From the NCBI RefSeq assembly GCF_947568905.1, contig NC_079164.1, positions 9,486,001 through 9,550,000 of the forward strand: a stretch of DNA of 64,000 bases. Direction: 5' to 3'. The notes beneath the pieces are model-generated. The model did no database searches, was not told the DNA's origin, and was given only the letters and a program-made list of their open reading frames with translations. Both the position numbers and the translations under genes were made by a program. Below are positions 1 to 12,638 of the stretch, piece after piece. The DNA comes from Ostrea edulis (lineage: Eukaryota). How positions within the stretch are numbered: position 1 is the stretch's first letter; the number at the start of each line of letters is the position of its first letter.

Positions 1-434
1 TGCACTTGACGAAGTTCATTTTAATTGGACAATGCAATAAAGCAGCAATTACCAGTGTGCTGTGCGATACAGAACGCATCCATTTTTTTGTTTTTGTTTC
101 AATAAGTTGTTCGTTTAATATTCATGTGATCAACGTACAAGTTATGTTGACAATTACAAGTATAGTTATCATTCTTTACGAAATAGACAAACCATGATGT
201 CCAAACGCTTACTCTATGTGCTATTTATTGATTGATTTTTATTTTGATGGTAATTTTAAGCAAATAAGACGTTTAGAATATCTAAATCCAATATTATATT
301 TAATGTGACTTACAAAAAGTCTACAAGCCCATCGGACTTCCTGATTTTTAATTTTCACTGACCCGACCGTAAAATTCACTGGTTTCGGTCTTCGAACCAC
401 TGAGTTTTCGTGAAGACTGTAGAAACATGGTACG

Positions 435-703
435 GTAAGGAAAAGGAGGTAGAAATGGATCGGGCATGTTTTGAGAATGGACAAGACCAAGCACACCAAA
501 ATAGCACTCACATGGACTCCTAAAAGAAAGCGCAAGAGAAGCAGACATAAAAAAAAACTAAAGAAGAACAGTAGAAGAGAAAGAAATGAGATTGGATTCA
601 AGACCTGGACAGAGGCCAGCAGGATGGCAGAATGAAGGACAGAAGGGAGAGGAATTGTTCACAGCCCCATTCTCCACACGGAGAGAAGGAAATAAGTCAA
701 GTA
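435..703 (+). mobile_element. 3' end fragment of an RTE-type LINE (degenerate)
   Basis: Translates as VRKRR*KWIGHVLRMDKTKHTKIALTWTP...KTWTEASRMA, resembling the C-terminus of RTE-clade ORFs; ends in a short TAAGTCAAGTA tail; in-frame stops. Confidence 0.65.
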
Positions 704-1057
704 GCAGTCATTAAAGCACTGACCTTGACCTTTCCATTCACTACATTTGAAATCTTTATCTTGCATGATTAAAAGGTAAAGATTACAGTTGGTGACAGAA
801 CAAATATGAAATGGTCCACTCTTCGATCTTGGAAATATTTAATAACCTCAAAGCGCATATTAAAATGACGGAATAATGAAATGGCTGGGACCCACTTTGT
901 GCCCTCGCCATTTCATAACAGATGTGTATACATGTAACTACAAAATCTAAATACTGCTTTAAGAATAACAGTTATGCCAGAAAGTATGTATTAACCTTGA
1001 AAATCTTGAGCCAGAATTTGCCTAATCTCTCTTTCATAGATTTGTTTCTTAATAATA

Positions 1058-1799
1058 ATAAAGTGCACCGCCACGGCACATGATACGCCCGTCACAAATT
1101 GTTAACAGTATAGATTGTACCCATTAAAACATTTTTTTTTATATCACCTTAATTAAATGTCACAGTGACCTTAAAGTAGGATATGACACACCTTCTACCT
1201 AAGATGCATTAGTTGACCAATTTTGGTGATTCTAGGTCTAATAGTTTTCAAGTTATGAGTCGGACAAGTTTTTGCCATATATGGCCATATCTTCTTAATG
1301 AAAAGTCACAGTGACCTGGTTTTAATGTGCGACACACCTTCTACCCAAGATGTATCTACAGACAAAGTTTGATGATTCTAGGCCTTGTAGTATTTAAGTT
1401 ACGGGTCGGACACGAAAAAGCTAACAGACGGACGGACAGACGGATATCTTCTTAATGAAAAGTCACAGTGACCTGGTTTTAATGTGCGACACACCTTCTA
1501 CCCAAGATGTATCTACAGACAAAGTTTGATGATTCTAGGCCTTGTAGTATTTAAGTTACGGGTCAGACACGAAAAAGCTAACAGACGGATATCTTCTTAA
1601 TGAAAAGTCACAGTGACCTGGTTTTAATGTGCGACACACCTTCTACCCAAGATGTATCTACAGACAAAGTTTGATGATTCTAGGCCGTGTAGTATTTAAG
1701 TTACGGGTCGGACACGAAAAAGCTAACAGACGGACGGACAGACGGACGGACATGAACGCCATACCATAATACGTCCCGTCTTAAGACGGGCGTATAAAA
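1058..1799. mobile_element. Non-autonomous Helentron/Helitron-like element with internal ~150-bp tandem array
   Basis: 5' ATACGCCCGTC matches the 3' hairpin CGTCCCGTCTTAAGACGGGCGTATAAAA; (GACG/GACA)n microsatellite; three tandem units starting at 1287, 1444 and 1589. Confidence 0.65.
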
Positions 1800-1808
1800 T
1801 CTACTCAC

Positions 1809-1892
1809 TCAAACACTTCCAGTGGAACCTGAATGTCTCCCATCTGAGTTTTCAGCTTATCTACCTCTTGTAACCCAGTCACCATTGTATGT
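1809..1892 (-). CDS. MED10: Mediator subunit 10, coding exon 2 (84 nt)
   Basis: Bounded by AG and GT on the minus strand; continues exon 1 in phase 2 and reads HTMVTGLQEVDKLKTQMGDIQVPLEVF, matching MED10. Later exons not found, probably left of the window. Confidence 0.88.
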
Positions 1893-2084
1893 CTGCAAAA
1901 CACAAAACATGGAATACACGCACACAAAATAAGACACCGGATCCAACCGGTCGTGGCCCATTTGGTCCAACACACAGTCTAGTCAATGTACATGAACAGT
2001 TTGACATCAAATTAATTGCAGCAGAATGAATTTACTAAATATAAAAAAAGAACTACGTAGGAAGGTCTTAGATGCACAGAGTAC

Positions 2085-2313
2085 TGTATGTAGTGAAAAG
2101 TCCACCAAATGTATGTAGTGAAAAGTCCACCAACATCAAATAAAGCACAAAATGTATATAGTGAAAAGTCCACCAACATCAAATAAAGCACAAAATGTAT
2201 ATAGTGAAAAGTCCACCAACATCAAATAAAGCACAAAATGTATATAGTGAAAAGTCCACCAACATCAAATAAAGCACAAAATGTATATAGTGAAAAGTCC
2301 ACCAACATCAAAT
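2085..2313. repeat. 43-bp minisatellite, about 5 copies
   Basis: GTGAAAAGTCCACCAACATCAAATAAAGCACAAAATGTATATA recurs at 2118, 2161, 2204 and onward. Confidence 0.9.
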
Positions 2314-3960
2314 GAAGCATTGTTTCAAATGTTCCAATTCCTACAAGATTTACTATTGGTAAGAAATATTTATATACCTGCCAATCATGCTGAACTTCTG
2401 TTTAATTTTATCATCTTGAAATTGAACAAACTTTGAGATAAGGCAATGGAAAAGATCGTTTTTACAGGTAAACTTTCTCACTGTACAAACTAAGAAACCT
2501 TAATTGTGCATGTTGGTGTTGAACAGTTTGACCTCATATTAACTGCAACAAAATGAATGGACTTACATGTTTGGGAAGGTCTTTAAAGTCTATACATTTT
2601 TTTTTAAACTATGAAACAATGCTCCCAATTGTGGCTAGGTTCAATTATATCAAATTCACCCTTGGCCTTAATAAATGACCTTGACCTTTAAAAGTAATAC
2701 ATCTTTAACCTTGACCTTTCAGTTCTATATAAAGAAAGTCTCTATCTTGTATAGATAAGAAATTATGACAGAGACACTATAAGACATACAGACATAAAAC
2801 AAGATCTCTCTATCTTGAATTCTTTAATCTTGGGGCTGTAAAAAGACAGAGACAAATTCAGGCAATCATTCCTAAAAACACACCAGGTCCCTTATTTTCA
2901 ATCCCAGGTGCATTTTCTATCTAGCTATCACATCGCCTATACCAAGGAAGGGGGGGGGGATATTTTATTCATTTTCCTGTCTTCCCATATTTATGGATTT
3001 GAATAACCATTCCAGCATAATCTTTACTTTCCATTGTGAGAGCAAGTCAGGGACTGAGCAGGACAATGTTATGGTGGGCACTGGGTACACCTATATCCCT
3101 ATCCTACTGTGTCAAATGGGATGAGATTCACAAATCACATGTCATAACTGTGTTTGACATCTTTGTTTCAATTCTTGACCAGTCAAAACAAAATTCTCTG
3201 ATCATGGCAGTCTCAAGAAAGTCAAAATGCTACAGGAATTTAATGATTCCAAACAAATAACCAGTGCTAATGTATTAAAAAAAATATTACAAATTTTCAT
3301 TTGTTTTGTAGGGTAACGTGGGATTGTCAACTCATGATGCCTCAGTCAACAATGGTTTTTGCTGGGTGACAATTTCTCAGGTTACCCTACAAGGCTTCAT
3401 CTCGGTCAACAATGGTTTTTCGCAGTGTGTCAATTACAAATATTACCCTACAAAACATGTAATATTTTTTTGTTATACTGTATGTTTGAACTGTATGTAC
3501 AAACATTCAGGGCAGTTAACAATTTTTATTCTGCTACCTATCATCATGCACTGTCAACGTTGCTATATACTGTTATCTGGAGGGCGTGGTTTATGCACGC
3601 CGTGGGATAACAGTATTTATTATACTTTCATGTAAAATACTCGAACCTGATTGGTCGAGAAGCATTTGAAAAAACAAATTGTTACCCTCTGAGAACAAAA
3701 ATTAAGTGCCCCAGGGTGATAGTATCTAGCAACGGGTAACAGTACTTGACAACGGGTGATATTATAAAAAATTATCACATGCGTCAAATTTATGCGCGTA
3801 CGGTTCGCCGTAGATTGCTAGATGACGTCGTTTGAGTGTTTGTAATAAACGCGAGTACCCGCATCGAAATACGAAATATCGTATGACAGTGATTGATCAA
3901 ATGTCAACAGACGCAAGTTTTTCTGCTTTCCAGTTTATATAACATTCAGTATAATAAAAC

Positions 3961-4229
3961 AAATATTGCATGTAGTTGAGGGTAACATTGAAATTTTCAC
4001 CCCTCGAGAAACCATTGTCAACCTCGGCTACGCCTCGGTTGACAATGGTTTTCTCGGGGTGAAAATTTTCAATGTTACCCTCAACTACATGCAATATTTA
4101 TATAATATTATATATAGTGCATGTAGGGTAACATTGAAAATATTCACCACGAGAAAACCATTGTCAACCATGGTTTACAATAGTTTTCGAGGGGTGAAAA
4201 TTTTCAATGTTACTCTCAACTACATGCAC
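3961..4229. repeat. Foldback (palindromic) repeat, one near-perfect 139-bp hairpin plus a degenerate copy
   Basis: 3961-4099 is an inverted repeat around a ~13-nt spacer (...ACCATTGTCAACC-spacer-GGTTGACAATGGT...). Degenerate copy at 4116-4229 and related fragments at 3320-3450. Family not assigned. Confidence 0.75.
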
Positions 4230-5098
4230 TATTTGTTTTATCATACTTAATATCATACATTTATTAGATGTTTTACCAGCTATGTCATCTAGCAATCTTC
4301 TGTGAAGTGTGAAACATACACGCACAACCAATTTGCACATGTGATAATTCATATAATACCACCCACTGTCAAATATTGCTTCCTGTTGCTGAATATTTGC
4401 ACCCCGGAGGGCAGTCTCTTTTCTCAGAGGGTAGCAATATGTTTATAAACGCTTTTCGCCCGATCAGATTTGACATGAAAGTATAACAACTCATTCATAT
4501 TGTCAATTATAAGATAATCATAACAAAAAGATTTAAGGTGACGGGAAAACGGCTGGGAATGGAATGATAAAGGTTTATATTCTCACACACCAGTAACGTC
4601 TATAGTTATACAGACCTTAGTGTGTTTATAGTCAGAAGAGGAAATCTTGTCTGAGATTCAGTTCGGCTGGATCTTAACTGGTGAAATCCAAATATCCTGC
4701 CACACTGAATCTCAGCCGATAATATGCAGTATCTAGATTTTCTCTCTTCCTGTTACATTATATTATCTATTCTACAGGAAGCGGTTGACCCACCGTGCCA
4801 CATCCACAGCACAGGAGTCGGCAGTCTTATCTATAAAGGTTAACATTTACAATTTGTAAACAACAACCACTGAGCTTTGTAACTCCTGTGTCCACAGCCC
4901 CTCCAAGATGCTAAAAATTAATCAGCGATGGTCAAACATTGCATTATTTAAAACTTCAGCATAACTAGGGTAAATACGACTTTATGATAATGTTTTCAAC
5001 AACAACAAAAAAAAGAAGTTTAGCCACAGCAGTCCACTAGCCCGACTAGGCGGTATATTTGCATTGTGGTAAAAAGTAGGCCCATAACAGATACGTAC

Positions 5099-5229
5099 AG
5101 CTTTTGGTTAAGGACATTTTGGCCTTGGGGTTGAAAATCACTAACAATGATTCCTAACTGCCTCGTATTTTCAATAAACAATTCTAATTGTTGCTCCAAC
5201 GCTTCGAATTTGTCAGCTTTGTCCGCCAT
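5099..5229 (-). CDS. MED10: Mediator subunit 10, coding exon 1
   Basis: MADKADKFEALEQQLELFIENTRQLGIIVSDFQPQGQNVLNQK is the MED10 N-terminus; GT donor follows at 5098-5097. Confidence 0.92.
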
Positions 5230-5504
5230 CTTGCTTCCAAGTGGTCCGAAATATACGCGGCCGCATTTGAATAAATTAGTGGTTGGTTTATAATTTTGTT
5301 AATTCGAGAATACAGACAACAAGAAGTAAAAATTGTTTTTTATAAATAATATTCATACGATTCCAACAGAGATATTTTCACAAGACAGTAACATATTTTT
5401 TAACATTCGCCTGACTCGCGCCAAGGCCGATTATTTTTACATGCGGACGCACAACTTTATCCCTAGCTCCTACTTTCGTTTTCACTTCAACAGTCACCTC
5501 CGAT
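5230..5504. promoter_or_regulatory. Putative bidirectional promoter between MED10 and TIMM21
   Basis: The divergent start codons are separated by only 275 bp. Confidence 0.65.
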
Positions 5505-8500
5505 ATGAATTCGTTGAGAGTTTTACAAACTTTAACACAGTGCAATATTTCGAGGACAGTTTTTGTATCCGAGAGGATACTATCTTTTAAGGTTTTAAAT
5601 TGTGATAAAAATATTTGGAAATGTTTTTCAACCCAAAATCAAGAGAATACAAGTAAAGCTAGCAGAGAAAATTCGGATGCAAAGAAAACGACCGGTACTG
5701 AATTGGACGTCAAAAGAAAAAGTCCATACGAAGGCTTATCAGCAGGACAGAAAGGTTGTTTTTAATGAATACACAGACTTAACTATTGTCTGATTTTTTT
5801 AATCTTTTGGTAAAGAGACGTAAACAAAATGGTAAACTGTATAAAGTTCACTTTGCCGGCTACCGACCATGACCTTATGGATAAATCATGTTTGTCAACA
5901 ATCCCCACTGTAGCCAGTGTAGGGAATGACACTGCCCACATTTGTTGGAATTATTTTTGGTTTATTGCGTGTAATCTCCTCCTTTTTGTGTACATTTCTT
6001 CACAACATTCCACACCACGTTTAGCAAGACTGACTAGATATGGCAAGAAATTGGTGCAGTTTCCCTGGGTGGCAGTTTTGTAACCAGGTTACAATAGGGA
6101 CAATATTTTTATCCAATGTAGCATATCAAACATATGTCTTATAGTGTTGAAAATCTAGTAAATATCGACCACCTTTATTTTAAGGTTGCGAGAGTTACAG
6201 ACCATGCATCCTATCAACACCCACTTATCATTAAATACAAGGTGACAGGGGTTACGAGCCTTTCTCTCAACACCCACTTATCATTGAATGCAGGGTTACG
6301 GACCTTTCTCTCAATACCCACTTATCTTTAAATGCAGGGTTACAAGGGTTACGAGAGTTACAGGCCATTGTTTCAACATGAGATAAAGGTCCGTAACCCC
6401 TGTAACCCTGCATTTAACCTTGCAACACTGTTTTCTAGTGTAACCTGGTTACAAAATTGCTACCCAGGGAAACTGCTCTAATTTCTTGCCATATATGAGA
6501 CTGACAGATACTAAAATTGCTTACAAGTAACTCGGGCAGCCGGTATCGATAGAACAATTTACAACTCAGATCTAATGGTTCAACTTCATCATTTATCATC
6601 AAACATGTATCATCTGAATGACACAAGAAAATCCTGAAATAAGCTGTACACATTGGTACAATATTGAAAGATATAGATTTCAAAAGCATTATGATAAATT
6701 GTAATAGTTAGGGCTATACGGACCATGGATATCAGCATAGATAGCTCAGTGGTTAGAGCACCTGACTAGTAATGCAGGGGTCCTGGGTTCGAATCCCAGT
6801 CCAGCTGAAGATTTTCTCCTCTCCTATACTACAGTTGGTGCTGTTGACCACCCCTCCACTACACGTCCTGCCAGGGTAAAAAGAATCTGGGTTGTGTGTC
6901 TTCGAGGGCAAAGATAAATTAAGGGAGGGAGAAATGTAGTAGTTGGGGCTATACGGACTGTGGATATCGGCCTGGATAGCTCAGTGGTCAGAGAACCTGA
7001 CCAGTACGTAATACAGGGGCCCCGGGTTCGATTCCTGGTCCAGCCAAAGATTTTCTCCTCTCCTATACTACAATATTTTATAGCCTCATAATTACAATAT
7101 GATATCTTACTGTGACAAGAATACCAGATAATACAAACACTTCAATGTGTGACTAAATATTGCAATGAAATTATTGACATTTAGATAGCTTACAGTGCAT
7201 GTAATCCAGAGAACTAAGCTGAGTAACATTTAGAATAACTTTCTGTGTGTGTTTAGAACTTTTCCCAGACTCTACAGGTCAAATGTTACAACATTATCCC
7301 ATACAAAACACTGACGTATACTGCATACTGTGGGATCATTTTAATTCGGGGGTGGGGGGGGGGCAATGTTCGTGAATAAGCAAAATTTTCCTGGTTCGTG
7401 GGGATGTAATTTCATGGGTAAGTGATATACGATGTCACTAGGAGAGATAACTCACCTTGGTTTTTAAAAAAAATGTTCGAGGACATGTAACTTCATAAGT
7501 AAGAGTGACCCACAAAATCCACGAACATCACTCCCCCACAAACATTGATGATTCCACAGTATTAATTATAAGTGTCTCTTTAAATGACATGAAAACTAGC
7601 ACCAGTTAGACTGAAATATTTCTCTTATGGATCTCCTTACCACATGGAGTTAAAAGTATTGTGTAATATTTTATGTACAACTAAAAATACGAAGGATTTA
7701 TTATGAAAGACATGTTTGTATGTAAGACTGATACAGAGGAGTTGGAAAGTCCTTAAATTTCCCTACATAACTTTTACCTGTAGTTGTGGAGGCAGGAAAA
7801 GACTTGACCTACATTGGAGTCATCCTAATTGGAGGCGGTTTGATTGGTAAGAATGTTCAATCTAATTAAATCAATTCATAAAGTTTGATGACACAATATT
7901 CATTTCTGATTTTTTTCTTCTACCAATTGATAATTTTCAGAATTTCATGATATTTTCAAATCATTTACACACTGTATACTTTAAGCACTGTTTTATCCAA
8001 GTTCTGTGTTCTACAATCTGTGCATTAGTTTTGTGACTTGACCTTGTTGACTTTCTCACTGTTTTGCCAGGTTATGTGTTCTACAATTTGTACAAGGAGT
8101 TGTTTGCCACAGATGGAGCGACAAGTGTGTACAATGCAGCAGCAGACATTTGCAAAAAAGATGACAGGGTAAGAATCCATAATCGTCATATACACCGAAC
8201 AATTACAGAGTAGGAATACAATGTTGTATATACAGAACAATTACAGAGTAGGAATACAATGTTGTGTATACACCGAACAATTACAGAGTAGGAATACAAT
8301 GTTGTACTATATATACAGAGAACAATTTCAGAGTAGGAATACAATGTTGCACTATATATACAGAACAATTACAGAGTAATACAATGTTGTACTATATATA
8401 CAGAGAACAATTACAGAGTAAGAATACAATGTTGTATATACACAGAACAATTACAGAGTAGGAATACAATGTTGTATATACACAGAACAATTACAGAGTA

Positions 8501-11500
8501 GGAATACAATGTTGTACTATATATACAGAGAACAATTACAGAGTAAGAATACAATGTTGTATATACACAGAACAATTACAGAGTAGGAATACAATGTTGT
8601 ATATACAGAACAATTACAGAGTAAGAATACAATGTTGTATATACACAGAACAATTACAGAGTAAGAATACAATGTTGTACTATATATACACAGAACAATT
8701 ACAGAGTAAGAATACAATGTTGTATTTACAGAACAATTACAGAGTAAGAATACAATGTTGTATATACAGAACAATTACAGAGTAGGAATACAATGTTGTA
8801 TACACAGAACAATTACAGAGTAAGAATACAATGTTCTATATACAGAACAATTACAGAGTAGGAATACAATGTTGTATACACAGAACAATTACAGAGTAAG
8901 AATACAATGTTGTATATACAGAACAATTACAGAGTAAGAATACAATGTTGTATATACAGAACAATTACAGAGTAAGAATACAAAGTTGTATACACAGAAC
9001 AATTACAGAGTAAGAATACAATGTTGTATATATACACAGAACAATTACAGAGTAAGAATACAATGTTGTATATACAGAACAATTAGAGAGTAAGAATACA
9101 ATGTTGTATATACAGAACAATTACAGAGTAAGAATACAATGTTGTATATACAGAACAATTACAGAGTAACAATACAATGTTGTATTCACACAAAACAGCA
9201 TTTTTAGTTAATCACATATGCTCTTGAATGTGAGTGTTTCTGATTGAAATATCTGCAACATGTTTGTGTATTAAGAAGGGTACAGTAGTGCTAGGTTATA
9301 TCTGACAACTTTTGCCTTGTTCCTAAAAATCATTATGAAAGGCAAAAATATCAATTTTTCAGAAAAAAGCTTTGTTACATATAGGAATTATGGAACAATG
9401 TGTAATTCATAAGAATGAAATAATTACGAAACTAAAGTTATTGTATGTATTCTTATAGAATGCCAGCATTGTCTTAACTTACTGGTATTTTTCAAACTAT
9501 CAGTAACAGGCATATTTCCCTTTTGAAAAAAATGAATATTTCTCCTTTCACAGATAAAAATTTCCCATTTAGTTGTAGAAAACTCATTAATTTGAAAAAT
9601 TCACTGAATTTTTAATGCAACTACAAGTACCGGTACTACATTTTATCAAATGCAATCAGCTGAGGAAAATAGAATTCTTCCTGTAGGTGATAAATGCCAT
9701 GGGGGAACCTATCAAGGTGTACGGGGAAACAGACAGACGGGGACGAAGGAGGCATGTCAGGTAATGTTAGTCTTATAAGTATTAACAGACGAAGGAGGCG
9801 TGTCAGGTAATATTAGTCTTATAAGTATTAACAGACGAAGGACGCGTGTCAGGTAATATTAGTCTTATAAGTGTTAACAGACGAAGGACGCGTGTCAGGT
9901 AATATTAGTCTTATAAGTGTTAACAGACGAAGGACGCGTGTCAGGTAATATTAGTCTTATAAGTGTTAACAGACGAAGGACGCGTGTCAGGTAATATAAG
10001 TCTTATAAGTGTTACAGTACTGATAGCATATTACTTGTAGCATATCTATGATATTTTATACAATACTGATATCATATCTGTAATATTTTAGTATTACTTT
10101 AATATTATGATTAGAATACATGTACTTGTAGCATATATACAATATTTAAGCAATACTTGTAGCATATGTATTATATATATATACTAATAAATCTTATTTG
10201 TGATATTTGTTGTGCATTTGCTGTTAAAATTAGCCCAACTGCCAGGCTATGGTATGAACTTTTGTCCCTGCCTGAGAAATAGACGGTCTCAGGTGGTTGG
10301 GAAGGCTTTAATTTCCGACATTGACAATAACTCCTATGCTGGCATTTTCTTTATCCATGTATGTCTATGTGTATTATTTAATGATTTCCCTGATATCCAC
10401 AATTCATTTATATATATTTATAATGTAGAAGTTTTTTTAAACTGTTAAAACTCTGATGATGAGTGGATGAAAATGTTAATATGGCTCTGTCAGTGCTTCT
10501 CAATCTGGCTGGCTTGCTGGCTGTTCGAGGTTATGTTTTCCAGACTTTTTTCTGTAACAATTGCATGTACAGCTTTTAAATTTGGTCACAATTTCACCCT
10601 CAAGAAGCATAAGAGTGAGTTTGCATTTCAGCTAGATTGGTGCACCTGACCTACTTTATGGCTAAAAGTTGGTCAAACATTTTTTTGGACTTTTTTTTTC
10701 ATTACGGATACAGATATTGCCCTAAAATTTAGCCACAAGCTTTCTCTCGAAGGAACACAAGTTCAGTTTGCAATTCAGCTGGATTGGCGCACCATGATCT
10801 ACTTTAGGACTAAAAGTAGGTCAAAAAGTTTCCAGGACTTTTTCTCATCATGGATACAGATATTACAGCCTCCCTCTCAGAGAAATACATAATCAGTTCA
10901 CATGTCAGATAGACTGGTGCACCATGACCTAATTTAGGACTAAAAGTAGGTCAAAAAGTTTCCTGCACTTTTTCTCATCATGAATACAGATATTACAACC
11001 TCCCTCTCAGATAAATACATAATCAGTTCACATGTCAGATAGACTGGTGCACCATGACCCACTTTAAGGTTTTTCTATTCAGAATGTGAGTGATATCAAT
11101 TTAGAATACATATTGTGCTTACAGGTTGAATTTCACTGTCTGAAGGGTGTGTGTTGTACTGTTTGTGGTACTCTTGTTATTGTATTTTTATCATGCTGTA
11201 TAACGAAAATGTGCAATTTTCTGACGTTGACATAAACTTGTGTTTAGGTGTGCCTGACATCTTTAAAAATGTGGCAGCATATATTTTCTTTGATTATGAA
11301 ATTAAAGTGATTTTGAACCCATAATATTGCAAAGTCACATGAAGAGGGAGTTCTCTTAAGCTATAATCTGAACACCTTTTTGAAAAGGTGACCATAATTT
11401 CTAGTCACTTATGTTGCTCTTATTCATTATTTTCTGACAGCCATGAAGAGTTTATGGTGAATGGAATTAAACATATGAGGATGAAGTTTTACATCCAAAG

Positions 11501-12638
11501 TCCACATAAAGTGGGCACAGTATATGCTGAAATCAAACAGGTGGGTAGGGGTGAAACAGGTGGTTAGGGGTGAAACAGATTGATAGGGTTGAAACAGATG
11601 GATAGGGTTGAAATAGACAAGAAGAATTGAAAAAGGTGGGTGAGGTTTGAATAGGTATGTAGGGTTGAGACAGTTGGATAGAATTGAACATGTGGATAGG
11701 GTTGAGTCAGATGTGTAGAGTTGAAACGAGTAATTAGAGTTGAAACATATGGATAGAGTTGAAACAGGTATGTAGAGTTAAAACAGGTAAGTTGAGTTGA
11801 AACAGGTGGCTGGGGTTGAAACAGATAGGAAGGGTTCAAACAGGTGGTAGGGTTGAAACCAGTGGGTGAAATAGGTGATTGGAGTTAAAGCAGATGCATA
11901 GGGTTGAAACAGGTAAGCAGAGATGAAATATGTGGCTAGGGTTGAATAAAGTTTGTAAGTTAGAAACGTGTGTAGAGTACAAACAAGTGTGAGGTCTGTA
12001 GGATTGAAACAGACATGTAGAGTTGAAACAGGTGTGTAGAGTTGAAACAGGTGTGTAGAGTTGAAACAGGTGTGTGGAGTTGGAAATGATGGTTAGGGTT
12101 GAAACAGACATGTAGGGTTGAAACAGGCTGTCTGTTGGGTTGAAACAGATGGGTTACAGAAGGGTTGAAATTAACTTGTTTTAATCTATACTAGGGATCC
12201 CGACATTAAATCAACCAGTAAAGAGTTTCAATCAAGTGAATTTAAACAATTAATCTAAAAGCTGTCATCGCAACCCAATTAAATAGATTTAAGTGTTAGT
12301 CATAATGGACAGGAAATTAATTCAACACAATAACCAGGTCTGTATATCTAGTGTTATAAAAGGAAACTTAGCATTTGGAATTCCCAGTTTATTTCAAATT
12401 GTTGATCATCAACAGGTTATTTAAGTACATTTGTATTTTATTCAGCTAAAAATAAAATGAAATGATGGTACAAGCACTGATTGATAATGGAAAATATGTA
12501 TCATTTTATGGTTCTTTCAGCTAAAACTTTGTCATTTTTGTTTCTTAGGAAACAGATAACGATGTTGAATATGTCTACTTGATTGTTGAACTCAAAGGAT
12601 TTCCCAGCAAAACCATCGTCATTGTGGACAAGCGGTGA
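5505..12638 (+). CDS. TIMM21: Mitochondrial import inner membrane translocase Tim21; exons 5505-5754, 7784-7846, 8071-8168, 9687-9760, 11441-11540, 12549-12638 (224 aa)
   Basis: All introns are GT-AG with consistent phases; total 675 nt. Reads presequence, then VEAGKDLTYIGVILIGGGLIGYVFYNLYKELF (TM), MGEPIKVYGETDRRGRRRHVS, KHMRMKFYI, YVYLIVELKGFPSKTIVIVDKR*, matching Tim21 motifs. Confidence 0.92.
6700..7072 (+). mobile_element. TRIM-like mini LTR retroelement with tRNA-derived LTRs
   Basis: Direct repeats 6700-6833 and 6935-7072, each TG...CA; PBS-like TGGTGCTGTTGACC after LTR1; polypurine tract AAGGGAGGGAGAAA (6921-6934) before LTR2; A box TAGCTCAGTGG and B box GGTTCGAATCC inside the LTR. 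No clean TSD. Confidence 0.75.
8186..9190. repeat. ~40-bp minisatellite in TIMM21 intron 3
   Basis: ACAGAACAATTACAGAGTA(A/G)GAATACAATGTTGTATAT repeated more than 20 times. Confidence 0.95.
9740..10014. repeat. 46-bp tandem array copying the exon 4 / intron 4 junction of TIMM21
   Basis: TGTCAG|GTAAT at 9760, 9806, 9852, 9898, 9944 and 9990. Confidence 0.92.
11530..12170. repeat. Degenerate ~20-bp minisatellite starting at the TIMM21 exon 5 donor
   Basis: Recurring GGGTTGAAACAGGT-type units resembling AAACAG|GTGGGTAG at 11540. Confidence 0.8.

Noticed and set aside
6733-6805. Possible tRNA-Thr(AGT) gene
   Set aside because: Acceptor stem is mispaired and the sequence lies inside an LTR-like repeat; treated as tRNA-derived, not a functional tRNA.
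8025-8785. Several 60-85 aa ORFs on both strands
   Set aside because: Products of the intronic minisatellite; only 8071-8168 is a real exon.
9740-10014. CRISPR-like appearance of regular repeats (also 30360-30560 and 39392-39703)
   Set aside because: Head-to-tail repeats without unique spacers, in a eukaryotic intron context, and no cas genes.
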